A DNA stretch of 64,000 nucleotides, taken from NCBI GenBank assembly GCA_045589295.1, contig JAZNOU010000005.1:96001-160000 (forward strand), in the 5' to 3' direction. Origin of the DNA: Clostridia bacterium. GTDB taxonomy: Bacteria > Bacillota > Clostridia > RGIG6154. The stretch's first letter is position 1. Every line of letters begins with the position of its first letter. The position numbers and the translations under genes are program-made. This document shows positions 1 to 9,693 of the stretch, piece after piece. A model generated the notes under the pieces. The model did not search any database, was not told the DNA's origin, and saw only the letters and a program-made list of their open reading frames with translations.

Positions 1-414
1 AAACACTCCGTCAACACGTTTAACATCTGCAGAAATTACAACACACTGATTGCCGTAAAGCTTTGCGGCTTCGTATATCAAATTAGGATTTTTAATTGCC
101 CCAGAATTTACACTTACCTTGTCTGCACCGCATTTTAACACCCTGTCAAAATCGGTAACTGTGTTTATCCCGCCCCCAACAGTAAGCGGAATAAATATAG
201 TTTTTGCCACATCGGTTAAAATATCAGTAAAAAGCTTTCTACCCTCATGAGACGCTGTAATATCATAAAACACAAGCTCGTCTGCGCCCAAATCACTATA
301 CATTTTTGCAAGTTCTACAGGCGATGAAACATCAGAAAGCCCCTCAAAATTAACACCTTTTACAACTCTTCCGTCTTTAACATCAAGGCACGGAATTATT
401 CTTTTTGTTATCAT
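1..414 (-). CDS. hisF: Imidazole glycerol phosphate synthase cyclase subunit (runs off window start)
   Basis: Minus strand reads [23 protein letters not shown] from ATG at 414; ATGA overlap with hisA stop; absent from ORF track because truncated. Confidence 0.95.
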   Translation of the reverse strand, partial: MITKRIIPCLDVKDGRVVKGVNFEGLSDVSSPVELAKMYSDLGADELVFYDITASHEGRKLFTDILTDVAKTIFIPLTVGGGINTVTDFDRVLKCGADKVSVNSGAIKNPNLIYEAAKLYGNQCVVISADVKRVDGVF

Positions 415-1124
415 TTTGCCACCTCGATTGCCTCTTTTAAGCATATAGCATTGGTGTAATATGCCTTTCCTATAATTGCACCATAAAGGTTTAATTTTCT
501 CAATTTTTTAACATCTTCAATTGAGGAAACGCCGCCGGATGCAGTGATATTTACACTTAATTTTTCAGAAAGCAATTTATAAAGTTCGTGGTTTGTCCCC
601 TGCATTGCACCATCTTTTGAAATGTCAGTACAGATAAGGGTTTTAACCCCAGCCTCTACCATTTTTTTGCAAAAGTCCATAAATGAATACTCAGACTTTT
701 CAAGCCATCCTTTAACCGCAACAAACCCGTCTTTTATATCAACACCAACTGCAATTTTTTCGCCGTATTTACAAACCGCTTCTTTCAAAAACTCAGGGTC
801 TTTTACTGCGGCAGTTCCCAAAATAACTCTGTCAACCCCTGCTGAAATATATTTTTCAACAGTTTCAATACTTCGTATTCCGCCGCCTACTTCGGTAAAA
901 AGATTTGTTCCTGAAATAATGGTTTTTATTGTTTCCAAATTAGGTGTTGTACCGTCTTTTGCACCCTCCAAATCAACGATATGTATATACTTTGCTCCCT
1001 GATTTTGAAAATCGAGAGCAATTTCTATTGGGTTATCACTGTAAACAGTCATTTTATCGTAATCGCCTTTTAAAAGGCGCACCGCTTTACCCTCTACCAA
1101 ATCAATAGCAGGAAATATAAACAC
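411..1124 (-). CDS. hisA: ProFAR isomerase
   Basis: IFPAIDL..GKAVRL, VGGGIRS, SGGVSS motifs; his operon context. Confidence 0.96.
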   Translation of the reverse strand: MFIFPAIDLVEGKAVRLLKGDYDKMTVYSDNPIEIALDFQNQGAKYIHIVDLEGAKDGTTPNLETIKTIISGTNLFTEVGGGIRSIETVEKYISAGVDRVILGTAAVKDPEFLKEAVCKYGEKIAVGVDIKDGFVAVKGWLEKSEYSFMDFCKKMVEAGVKTLICTDISKDGAMQGTNHELYKLLSEKLSVNITASGGVSSIEDVKKLRKLNLYGAIIGKAYYTNAICLKEAIEVAK

Positions 1125-1127
1125 TTA

Positions 1128-1742
1128 CTATTCCTCCGTTTCACAAAATGCTTTTAAAATCTTAAGTCCCACTTCACCGCTTTTTTCGGGGTGAAACTGA
1201 CAGCCGTACACATTGTCCTTTCCCACTGCTGCAACCAAATCACTTCCGTACTCTGAAACCGCAATAACATCGTTGCAGTTTTCGGCATGGTAGGAATGTA
1301 CAAAATACACGTGATCTCCCTCATTTAAATATTTGAAAATTTTACTTTTACTGCCTTTGAATTTTAAAGCATTCCAGCCTATATGAGGGATTTTTAAATC
1401 TTTCGGAATCACATCTCCTATATACTTTATTTCGCCTTTTATAAGTCCTAAACCCTCATGCTCACCATACTCGTAGCTTTTTTCGAGTAAAAGTTGCATA
1501 CCAAGGCAAATACCTAAAACAGGCTTTCCTTTTTTAGCCTCTGAAACTATCAAGTCGCCAAGACCTGATTCTTTAAGCTTTTTTGCGGCGTCGGAAAATG
1601 CACCGACACCAGGAAGAATTATTTTGTCTGCATTTATTATGTCCTCGGCATTACCTGTAATTTTAACATCCACACCAATTGCCTCAAAAGAGCTTTTGAG
1701 TGAAAAAAGGTTTCCTACTCCATAATCAACTATTGCTATCAT
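1128..1742 (-). CDS. hisH: Imidazole glycerol phosphate synthase glutaminase subunit
   Basis: IVDYGVGNL, GICLGMQ (catalytic Cys), QFHPEKS. Confidence 0.97.
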   Translation of the reverse strand: MIAIVDYGVGNLFSLKSSFEAIGVDVKITGNAEDIINADKIILPGVGAFSDAAKKLKESGLGDLIVSEAKKGKPVLGICLGMQLLLEKSYEYGEHEGLGLIKGEIKYIGDVIPKDLKIPHIGWNALKFKGSKSKIFKYLNEGDHVYFVHSYHAENCNDVIAVSEYGSDLVAAVGKDNVYGCQFHPEKSGEVGLKILKAFCETEE

Positions 1743-2330
1743 TTAAAGTACTCCTTTGGTTGACGGAATTTCATCTTTGTAATTTTCATCAATTTCAACA
1801 GCCTGTTTCAAGCTTCTTGCAACTGATTTGAATGCTCCCTCAATAATGTGATGAGAGTTAGTTCCGGCAAGACTTTTTATGTGCAAAGTAATATTTGCAT
1901 TTCTTGCAAATGCAATAAAAAATTCCCATACAAGTTCTGTGTCAAATGTTCCTACTTTCTGTGCAGGAATTTCGAGGTTATATTCTAAAGCACCTCTGCC
2001 TGACAAATCAACTGCAGATAAAATCAATGCTTCATCCATAGGAAGAATTGTACTGCCATATCTTTCAACGCCTTTTTTATCACCTGCAGCCTCATTAAAT
2101 GCAGCACCCAAGGCAATACCGATATCTTCTACTGTGTGGTGATCATCAACAAAAGTATCACCTTTGCAATTAACGCTTAAATCAAATCTTGCATGTTTTG
2201 CAAAAAGTGTTAACATGTGATCTAAAAAGCCACAACCTGAATTAATTTCACTTTTCCCAATTCCGTCTAAGTTAAGTTTGAGTAAAATATCAGTTTCTTT
2301 AGTTTTTCTTTTAATCTCTGAAGTTCTCAT
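1743..2330 (-). CDS. hisB: Imidazoleglycerol-phosphate dehydratase
   Basis: RKTKETDI, FLDHML, DDHHTVED, NSHHIIE, PSTKGVL. Confidence 0.97.
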   Translation of the reverse strand: MRTSEIKRKTKETDILLKLNLDGIGKSEINSGCGFLDHMLTLFAKHARFDLSVNCKGDTFVDDHHTVEDIGIALGAAFNEAAGDKKGVERYGSTILPMDEALILSAVDLSGRGALEYNLEIPAQKVGTFDTELVWEFFIAFARNANITLHIKSLAGTNSHHIIEGAFKSVARSLKQAVEIDENYKDEIPSTKGVL

Positions 2331-3391
2331 TTGTTTTCCTCCAAAATCTTTTTTACTGCATTTATTAAAGCTTTCATCTCATCAATATTTCCTACTGTTA
2401 TGCGATTATAATCTGAAATTTCATTTTTGTCAAAGTGACGGACTAAAATTCCATTTTCCTTTAGCTTTAAATAAAGTTCTTTTCCCGATATATCTGGACT
2501 TTTTGCAAATAAAAAGTTAGCTTTTGAGTCAGTCACTATAAACCCTAAATTTTCCAGTTCTTTTTTTGCAAACTCTCTGTTGCTTATGATGGTTTGGCAG
2601 TTGTCTAATACAGCATCATTATCCTCTAATATGCCTATTCCTGCCGCCATTGTCATTTTGTTGATGTTATACGGGTTGGTTGAATACTTAACTGTATTAA
2701 GGTCTTTTATAACCTCTTTTGAGCCAACACCAAAACCAAGCCTTGCCCCCGCCATTGAACGTGATTTTGAAAAAGTCTGCGTCACTAAAAGATTGTCATA
2801 TTTTTTAATAAGCGGAATACTGCTTGTTCCCCCAAAATCCACATATGCCTCATCAATTACAACAATGTTATCAGGGTTATTCTTTAAGATTTCTTCTATT
2901 TCGCTTAAAGTTAATGCTATTCCTGTAGGCGCATTAGGATTGGCTATGATAATAGTCTTTTTAAGTCCAAAATAATCGCTTATATTTATTGTAAAATCAT
3001 CTTTTAACGGAATTTCTTCATATTCTATTCCGTTAAGGGCTGCAAATACTGGATAAAATCCGTATGTAATATTTGGAAAAGCTACTCCTGTTTTGTCATC
3101 ACAAAACGCCATAAATGCAAAATTCAGAATTTCATCCGAACCATTTGTAACCAAAACTTCTTCATATTCCACACCTAAAAGTGCTGCAATTTTTTCTGTA
3201 AGTTCTCTGCACTCAGGATCCGGATATAAATTCAAATCCTGTGCCGCTTTTGCTGCCTTTTCAATCGCCTTTTTAGTTGGTCTAAAAGGAGATTCGTTTG
3301 TATTAAGCTTAATGTACTTCATATCCTTTGGCTGTTCGCCCGGCGTATAGGGAGTAAGCTTATTTAGTTTTTCGCTGAAAAATCTGCTCAA
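2327..3391 (-). CDS. hisC: Histidinol-phosphate aminotransferase
   Basis: KLNTNESP, NPNAPTG, DEAY, TFSKSRSMAGARLG; TTG start at 3391 chosen for AAGGAG spacing (track starts 3400). Confidence 0.95.
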   Translation of the reverse strand: MSRFFSEKLNKLTPYTPGEQPKDMKYIKLNTNESPFRPTKKAIEKAAKAAQDLNLYPDPECRELTEKIAALLGVEYEEVLVTNGSDEILNFAFMAFCDDKTGVAFPNITYGFYPVFAALNGIEYEEIPLKDDFTINISDYFGLKKTIIIANPNAPTGIALTLSEIEEILKNNPDNIVVIDEAYVDFGGTSSIPLIKKYDNLLVTQTFSKSRSMAGARLGFGVGSKEVIKDLNTVKYSTNPYNINKMTMAAGIGILEDNDAVLDNCQTIISNREFAKKELENLGFIVTDSKANFLFAKSPDISGKELYLKLKENGILVRHFDKNEISDYNRITVGNIDEMKALINAVKKILEENK

Positions 3392-3396
3392 TGTTT

Positions 3397-4671
3397 TCAC
3401 TCCTTAATGCGTATAACTGCACTTTTTGCGTGTGCCGTAAGTCCTTCTTTTTTTGCAAAGTACTCTACATCTTCTGCAACTTTTGACAAAGCGTCTTTTG
3501 TGTAGTATGTGTACTGAGTTTTCTTAACAAAATCGTCTACTGAAAGCGGACTCGAAAATTTTGCTGTCCCGCTTGTGGGAAGTGTGTGATTAGGTCCTGC
3601 AAAGTAATCACCTAACGCTTCCGGACAGTTTTTACCCATAAATATTGAGCCTGCATGACGGATTGCATCTAAGTAATCAAACGGATTGTCCACACAAAGT
3701 TCCAAATGTTCAGGAGCAATCTCATTTGCAATTTCTATCGCTATATTAAGGTTATCCGCAACAATGAGTTTTCCATTGTTATCAATAGATGCTCTTGCAA
3801 TTTCTGCACGTTCAAGCTGTGGAATTTGTACTTCTAACTCTTCTGCTACCGCTCTTGCCAAATCAATACTGTCAGTAACCAAAACCGCACTTGCAAGCTT
3901 ATCGTGTTCTGCCTGAGATAAAAGGTCCGCTGCTAAATGCTTTGGATTTGAAGTGCTGTCTGCAACAATTAAAATTTCGCTCGGTCCTGCAATCATATCT
4001 ATCGAAACCATACCAAACACTTGCTTTTTAGCCTCTGCCACAAAAGCATTTCCAGGTCCTACAATTTTGTCAACTTTAGGAACGCTTTGTGTTCCTAAAG
4101 CAAGTGCCGCAATAGCCTGAGCACCACCTATTTTAAAGATTTTATCAACACCTGCAATTTTTGCTGCCGCAAGTATTACAGGGTTGATTTTTCCGTCACA
4201 AGACGGCGGTGTTACCATTACAATCTCTTTTACACCTGCAATTTTTGCAGGAATTGAATCCATTAAAACGGTAGATGGATAAGCTGCGGTTCCCCCGGGT
4301 ACATATAAACCTGCTCTGTCTACAGGAACTACTTTCTGCCCCATTATAATGCCATTTTCATCGTTAATGATAAAGCTGTTTCGCACCTGTTTTTCGTGAA
4401 ATTTTTTTATGTTTGCTGATGCCTTTTTAAGTATTTCAATAAATTCGGGTTCAACTAAAGAAAATGCTTCATCAATTTCCTCTTTTGTTACCAAAAGGGT
4501 ATCTAGCTTTGCTTTATCAAACTTTTCACAGTATTTATAAAGAGCACTGTCGCCATTTTCTTTGACATCTTTTATAATTTCTGTAACTATATCTTCAACA
4601 TTAACTATAGGTTCAACACGGGCAAAAATATCTTGGTTTTTTACCTCACCGTATTTTAAAATCTTAATCAT
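3397..4671 (-). CDS. hisD: Histidinol dehydrogenase
   Basis: GLYVPGG, GPGNAFV, DMIAGPSE, SQAEHD, APEHLEL, GPNHTLPT; ATG 4671 after GGAGG. Confidence 0.97.
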   Translation of the reverse strand: MIKILKYGEVKNQDIFARVEPIVNVEDIVTEIIKDVKENGDSALYKYCEKFDKAKLDTLLVTKEEIDEAFSLVEPEFIEILKKASANIKKFHEKQVRNSFIINDENGIIMGQKVVPVDRAGLYVPGGTAAYPSTVLMDSIPAKIAGVKEIVMVTPPSCDGKINPVILAAAKIAGVDKIFKIGGAQAIAALALGTQSVPKVDKIVGPGNAFVAEAKKQVFGMVSIDMIAGPSEILIVADSTSNPKHLAADLLSQAEHDKLASAVLVTDSIDLARAVAEELEVQIPQLERAEIARASIDNNGKLIVADNLNIAIEIANEIAPEHLELCVDNPFDYLDAIRHAGSIFMGKNCPEALGDYFAGPNHTLPTSGTAKFSSPLSVDDFVKKTQYTYYTKDALSKVAEDVEYFAKKEGLTAHAKSAVIRIKE

Positions 4672-6235
4672 TTTTATCCTCCGCTTTAAAGCCATCTAAA
4701 AGTTTCTCTATCAAATCATTTTTAAACTTAAAGCTTGACTTGTTGGAAATAAGTCTTGCACTTATAGGTACAATTGTTTCTACAACATCTAAATTGTTTT
4801 CTTTTAATGTTGTACCCGTTTCTACAATATCTACTATAACATCTGAAAGTCCTAAAATAGGCGCAATTTCTATTGATCCATTCAAATGAATAATATCAAT
4901 TTCTCTTCCTTGGGATGCATAATAATTTTTTGTAATATTTGTAAATTTTGTAGCAACTCTCAGTGTTTTTTGTGTGTCATCCGTAAAGTCTTTCTTTGCA
5001 GCAACAGCCATCTTACACTTTCCTACATCAAGGTCTAAAAGCTCATAAACATCAGGACAGTATTCGAGCAAAATGTCTTTACCCGCAACACCGATATCTG
5101 CTGCGCCACGTTCTACATAGATTGCAACATCAGACGGTTTTACCCAAAAATATCTTACATTTACTTCTTTATTTTCAAAAATAAGTTTTCTGTTGTTTTC
5201 TTCTATTGAGGGACATGGAAAACCTGCCTCTTTGAACATTTTATAAACTTTTTCACCAAGTCTGCCTTTAGGAAGTGCAATATTAAGATATTTATTATTT
5301 GTATCGGTTTCGTAATTTTCCGTCTGTATATCACTGTTCTCCATACGCTCTAACATATCAAGATATACCGCAAACCCTATAGCCTTTGATTTTTTGCGCA
5401 TTTTGTGCATTAAATTATCGTACTGTCCACCTGACAGAACACCTGTCCAGACCCCATTGATAAATCCTTTAAACACAAACCCGTTGTAATAACTCATATC
5501 GTTGATAACAGAGAAGTCTATTCTTACATTATATCCGTTTTTTGAAAGCTCATCAGTCACTTCTTTAAGTTGATTTAAACTTTCACCTTGAACAAACTCT
5601 TTGAGTTCTTCAATTACTTTTCCGCTTTCTCCGTAAAGGGAAATAAGCTTTTCAAGTTTTTGGGAATCTGCCCCTTCATTTTCGCAGATATTCTTAATTT
5701 CATGAATGTTTCTTTCGCCTATACATTTTATGAGTGCTTTTTCAGACTTGGCAGATACTCCCAAAGACTCAATAACCTCTGATACAATTCCCATGTGCGA
5801 TATATCAAGAACATAATCTTTTGAAATGCTCTTTAAACTTTCACACGCAAGCATAATTACCTCATAAATATTTGAGTTATCTATATTCCCGATACACTCA
5901 AGACCCGCCTGCATAATTTCTTTATAGCTTTCCGTTCCTTTTGAAACCCTGTATACATTTTCATTATAATAAACTTTTTTAACTTTATCTTTATTATCAT
6001 CGGTATTTTTGATTATAGACAAAGTAACGTCAGGTTTTAATGCCATAAGTTTTCCGTCGGTATCAGTAAATGTTATAATATTGTCAGATACTAAAAAATC
6101 TTTATTTCTTACATAAAGGTCGTATTCTTCAAACTTACTCATTTTGTACTGCTTATATCCATATTTTTGATATAAAGTACGAAGTGTAAAAATTGCCTTT
6201 TCGTCATTTTTAAGTACACTTATGTCAATATTCAT
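4664..6235 (-). CDS. hisZ-hisG: Fused ATP phosphoribosyltransferase: N-terminal HisZ regulatory domain plus C-terminal short-form HisG
   Basis: N-part LKPDVT, QAGLE, YYNGFVF, GGQYD (HisZ); C-part IALPKGRL, ADIGVAGKD, VATKF, DIVETGTTL (HisG); single 523-aa ORF. Confidence 0.9.
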   Translation of the reverse strand: MNIDISVLKNDEKAIFTLRTLYQKYGYKQYKMSKFEEYDLYVRNKDFLVSDNIITFTDTDGKLMALKPDVTLSIIKNTDDNKDKVKKVYYNENVYRVSKGTESYKEIMQAGLECIGNIDNSNIYEVIMLACESLKSISKDYVLDISHMGIVSEVIESLGVSAKSEKALIKCIGERNIHEIKNICENEGADSQKLEKLISLYGESGKVIEELKEFVQGESLNQLKEVTDELSKNGYNVRIDFSVINDMSYYNGFVFKGFINGVWTGVLSGGQYDNLMHKMRKKSKAIGFAVYLDMLERMENSDIQTENYETDTNNKYLNIALPKGRLGEKVYKMFKEAGFPCPSIEENNRKLIFENKEVNVRYFWVKPSDVAIYVERGAADIGVAGKDILLEYCPDVYELLDLDVGKCKMAVAAKKDFTDDTQKTLRVATKFTNITKNYYASQGREIDIIHLNGSIEIAPILGLSDVIVDIVETGTTLKENNLDVVETIVPISARLISNKSSFKFKNDLIEKLLDGFKAEDKND

Positions 6236-6525
6236 TTTGTTCCTCCCGTAAGTTTATCAAGAATTTCCCTGTAACCACCGTTTCCGTAAACAAGACATCT
6301 GTTTACTCTGCTGATGGTTGTTGTGCTGGCACCCGTATTTTTTGATATTTCCTGATAACTTTTGCCCTCTTTTAGCTGACAAGCAACATCAAGACGCTGA
6401 GATATATCCTGAAGTTCCTTGATAGTACAAACGTCTTCAAAAAACTTTTTGCAATCCTCTTTTGACTTTAGAAGAAGTATTGCATCAAATAATTTTTCAA
6501 CTGATTTGGTGTTAAAAATATCCAT
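6232..6525 (-). CDS. TrpR-like YerC/YecD family repressor (probable his regulator)
   Basis: FFEDVCTIKE..QRL, GASTTTISRVNRCL.YG.GGY; first gene of his operon. Confidence 0.88.
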   Translation of the reverse strand: MDIFNTKSVEKLFDAILLLKSKEDCKKFFEDVCTIKELQDISQRLDVACQLKEGKSYQEISKNTGASTTTISRVNRCLVYGNGGYREILDKLTGGTK

Positions 6526-6542
6526 AAAAAAATCACCTTTCG

Positions 6543-6586
6543 CTTTATTACTTTACCATATTAACACATTAAAGTGATAAAGTCAA
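6543..6586 (-). promoter_or_regulatory. his operon sigma-A promoter overlapped by a palindromic operator
   Basis: TTGACT (6586-6581), 17 bp, TGnTAATAT (-10 at 6563-6558); inverted repeat CTTTATTACTTTA-N14-TAAAGTGATAAAG at 6543-6582. Confidence 0.7.
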
Positions 6587-6620
6587 TAGCAAAAGGTGAT
6601 AAATTTTAAATTTTTTCGCT

Positions 6621-8906
6621 TTACAGCTTATTTCTCTGAATTTTTCCGCTTACAGTTTTAGGTAAGCTGTCACGGAACTCAACAATTCTGGGATATTTAT
6701 AAGGAGCAGTTCTTTCCTTAACATAGTTTTGAATTTCCTTTTTAAGTTCTTCGGTTGCATTTGTTCCGTCAACAAGCACAATACTTGCTTTAACAATCTG
6801 TCCCCTAACTTCATCAGGAACAGCGGAAACGCCACATTCCAAAACATAAGGAAGTTCCATAATAACACTTTCAATTTCAAATGGTCCGATTCTGTAACCT
6901 GAAGATTTGATAACGTCGTCCGCACGACCTACATACCAGAAGAATCCATCTTCATCGCGCCAAGCAACGTCACCTGTATGATAGTAGCCATCATACCAAA
7001 CCTCATCGGTTTTTTCCTGATCGCGATAGTACCCTGTAAACAATCCGCATGGTGCGCCATTTGATACATTGATACAAATTTCGCCTGATTCTGAAGTTTT
7101 TACTTCATTTCCGTCTGAATCCAAAAGTTTAACATCATATATCGGCGCAGGCTTGCCCATTGAACCGATTTTATGCGGTGCTCCTGTCATATTTCCGATA
7201 ATCATTGTACTTTCTGTTTGTCCAAAACCTTCAACAATCTGAAGTCCTGTTGCCTTTTCAAACTGGCGATAAACTTCAGGATTTAATGCCTCACCCGCTG
7301 TTGTCATATGCTGAACAGATGAAAAATCATACTTTGAAATATCCTGCTTTATAAGCATTCTAAGCATTGTAGGCGGTGCACAGAATGTAGTAATCTTATA
7401 TTTAGCAAACATAGGCAGTATATCAGATGCGTCAAATCTGTCAAAATCATATACAAAAAGTGCTCCCTCGCAAAGCCACTGACCATAGAGTTTACCCCAC
7501 ATTGCTTTTGCCCAGCCTGTATCTGAAATAGTAAAGTGAAGTCCGTCAGGGTCTACATTATGCCAATATTTTGCAGTGTGAAAATGACCTAACGGGTACT
7601 TGTAATTATGTGCCGCAATTTTTGGATAACCTGATGTTCCCGATGTAAAATACATAAGCATTAAATCATTTCCGCAAGGTGACTCTTCACTTCTGTTAAA
7701 GTGAGTTGAAAATCTTTGATATTCTTCATCAAAGGTTCTCCAACCCTCACGAGTTCCATTAACAATAATCTTATTTACAAGTTCAGGACATTTTTCTGCA
7801 GCCATCTCAACCTGATGTGAAACATCTCCATCTGCTGTACAGATAATTGTACTTACTCCCGCAGATTTGAATCTGTATTCAATATCCTTTTCAAGAAGCT
7901 GATTTACAGCAGGAATTGCAATAGCACCAAGCTTATTTAAGCCAATCATAGCAAACCAGAACTGATAGTGACGCTTTAAAATAAGCATAACTCTGTCGCC
8001 TTTTTTAATACCAAGTGATGCAAAATAGTTTGCACACTGGTTTGATGCTTTTTTAATATCTTTAAATGTAAATCTTCTTTCTGTCTTATCTCCTGCGATA
8101 TGAAGAAGTGCCAACTTTTCAGGTTCGCGGTCAGCTAAAGCGTCAATAAGATCAAATCCAAAATTAAACTTGTCCTCATTTTTGAATTTAATTGAAAGCG
8201 GTGTTCCTTTTTCATTTTCTTCAATATCTATATAGCTATTATAAATTCTTTCTTTATCATCTCTATGAATACGACCTATAATTCTTTCAGGTGATGCCTG
8301 TTTTTTATCCTCTTCTGCATCTTCGCCCTTTAATACAATAGCATAGAAAAGGCAGTCTTTTCCGTTAACCGCAATCATACCATGAGGTGTGCTGCTCTTA
8401 TAATAAATGCTGTCGCCAGGGCCTAAAACTTCTTTATGGTCGCCAATTTGCACCATTAAGTTACCTTCAATAACAATGTCACATTCCTGACCTTCGTGAG
8501 TTGTAAGCTCAATGTCTTTATTTTCTGCATTTTCATCATAAACACTTCTTACAAAAAGCGGTTCAGCAACACGGTCTCTGAAAGAATATGCCATATTGTA
8601 ATATGTCATACCATGAGCTTTTGCAATCTGCTGACCTGCACCTGCACGTGTTAATGTGTAAGACTTAAGATTAGGACTGTAACCTTCAATAATATCGGTG
8701 ACATTAACCTTAAGAGCCTGTGCACAAAGGTAGATAAACGCAAAGTTCAAGTCTTTTTCACCGTTTTCACATGCTGCATATTCCTCTGCTGTAACGCCTG
8801 TTTTTTCGGCCATAAATTCTACTGTGTAATTTTCAATTTCACGAAGCTCTCTTATACGCTCCGCCATTTCCTTGATTTTTAAATCGAGTGCGTTAAAATT
8901 ATCCAT
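6621..8906 (-). CDS. XRE-HTH/cupin regulator fused to medium/branched-chain acyl-CoA synthetase
   Basis: N-terminal HTH and cupin (HEGQE..PHG); C-terminal YFTSGTSGYPK, EGFGQTE, YHTGD, GYRIGPFEIE, PKTVSGK. Confidence 0.88.
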   Translation of the reverse strand: MDNFNALDLKIKEMAERIRELREIENYTVEFMAEKTGVTAEEYAACENGEKDLNFAFIYLCAQALKVNVTDIIEGYSPNLKSYTLTRAGAGQQIAKAHGMTYYNMAYSFRDRVAEPLFVRSVYDENAENKDIELTTHEGQECDIVIEGNLMVQIGDHKEVLGPGDSIYYKSSTPHGMIAVNGKDCLFYAIVLKGEDAEEDKKQASPERIIGRIHRDDKERIYNSYIDIEENEKGTPLSIKFKNEDKFNFGFDLIDALADREPEKLALLHIAGDKTERRFTFKDIKKASNQCANYFASLGIKKGDRVMLILKRHYQFWFAMIGLNKLGAIAIPAVNQLLEKDIEYRFKSAGVSTIICTADGDVSHQVEMAAEKCPELVNKIIVNGTREGWRTFDEEYQRFSTHFNRSEESPCGNDLMLMYFTSGTSGYPKIAAHNYKYPLGHFHTAKYWHNVDPDGLHFTISDTGWAKAMWGKLYGQWLCEGALFVYDFDRFDASDILPMFAKYKITTFCAPPTMLRMLIKQDISKYDFSSVQHMTTAGEALNPEVYRQFEKATGLQIVEGFGQTESTMIIGNMTGAPHKIGSMGKPAPIYDVKLLDSDGNEVKTSESGEICINVSNGAPCGLFTGYYRDQEKTDEVWYDGYYHTGDVAWRDEDGFFWYVGRADDVIKSSGYRIGPFEIESVIMELPYVLECGVSAVPDEVRGQIVKASIVLVDGTNATEELKKEIQNYVKERTAPYKYPRIVEFRDSLPKTVSGKIQRNKL

Positions 8907-8927
8907 TAAAATCCTCCTGTAAGGGAC

Positions 8928-9190
8928 AAAAAAACCCGTCCCAAAGTAATTTCTTTGAGACGAGTAAAGTCAACCCGCGGTACCACTCAAATTGCGTAAT
9001 CACGCCACTCTCGGAATCCAACAATCCCTATGCCTTAACGCAGCAATCACGGAGAGGTTCTACTTGCAAAGCGCTTTCTTCCTCCCGGCTCAGAAGCTAC
9101 AAACAAAACAGCCTTTCCTATGGCTTGCACCAACCGCCACTTCTCTTAAAAGGACCAACTGTAATGCACTCTTCGTCCATGCCTTTTGTT
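8928..9190 (-). ncRNA. T-box riboswitch (specifier tentatively GUA/Val)
   Basis: Minus strand AGAGA and GGTGCAA stem-I motifs, T-box TGAGTGGTACCGCG, terminator CTCGTCTCAAAG/CTTTGGGACGGG plus T-run. Confidence 0.88.
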
Positions 9191-9202
9191 CAATTTGATG
9201 AT

Positions 9203-9358
9203 ATTATAACATTTAATTTAATTACAGTCAAGAAAATATACATTTTTGTAGTGTGTAGCTACCAAAATGTACAACGCATTAGATATTTTTACATTTTGGT
9301 ATATATAAGTTACAAAAACGTATGTTTTCTTGACAAAAATGTCGCATTATGCTATCAT
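9203..9358. promoter_or_regulatory. Back-to-back sigma-A promoters flanking two copies of a palindromic operator
   Basis: Minus TTGACT(9231-9226)-17-TATAAT(9208-9203); plus TTGACA(9330-35)-17-TATCAT(9353-58); TACATTTTKGTA-N9-TACMAAAAYGTA at 9239-9271 and 9290-9322. Confidence 0.75.
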
Positions 9359-9401
9359 ATCTTTATTATTTATTTTAATGTAACAAAAGGAGTCAAGGTA
9401 A

Positions 9402-9635
9402 ATGTTGTTTTCAAGCTTTACAACTAAAAACAACACCAAAGATGCAAACAGTTTTGCACCTTCTTGTTCTTCTGCCGATAAAAATTCTAATATTGTTATT
9501 TTAGCAGGCATTGCTTTTGCAGTGTCTGTTTTTTTGTCACTTATATGCTTTGACATTATATGCATTATTATTGCGCTAAGCGCACTAATTATTAAGGCTT
9601 CGGCCGTTAAACGAAAAAAGCATTTTGTTTGTTGA
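9402..9635 (+). CDS. Small hydrophobic Ile/Leu/Val-rich ORF (membrane peptide or attenuator leader)
   Basis: AAGGAG upstream; directly after plus-strand promoter; hydrophobic core. Confidence 0.5.
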   Translation: MLFSSFTTKNNTKDANSFAPSCSSADKNSNIVILAGIAFAVSVFLSLICFDIICIIIALSALIIKASAVKRKKHFVC

Positions 9636-9664
9636 ATTTCAATCTAAGTAGTTGGTAATTTGGC

Positions 9665-9693
9665 GGCTTTGCTTTTTTCAGCAAAGCCTTTTT
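9665..9693 (+). terminator. Intrinsic terminator within the operon leader
   Basis: GGCTTTGCT-N6-AGCAAAGCC followed by TTTTT, just before the RBS of the next gene. Confidence 0.65.
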
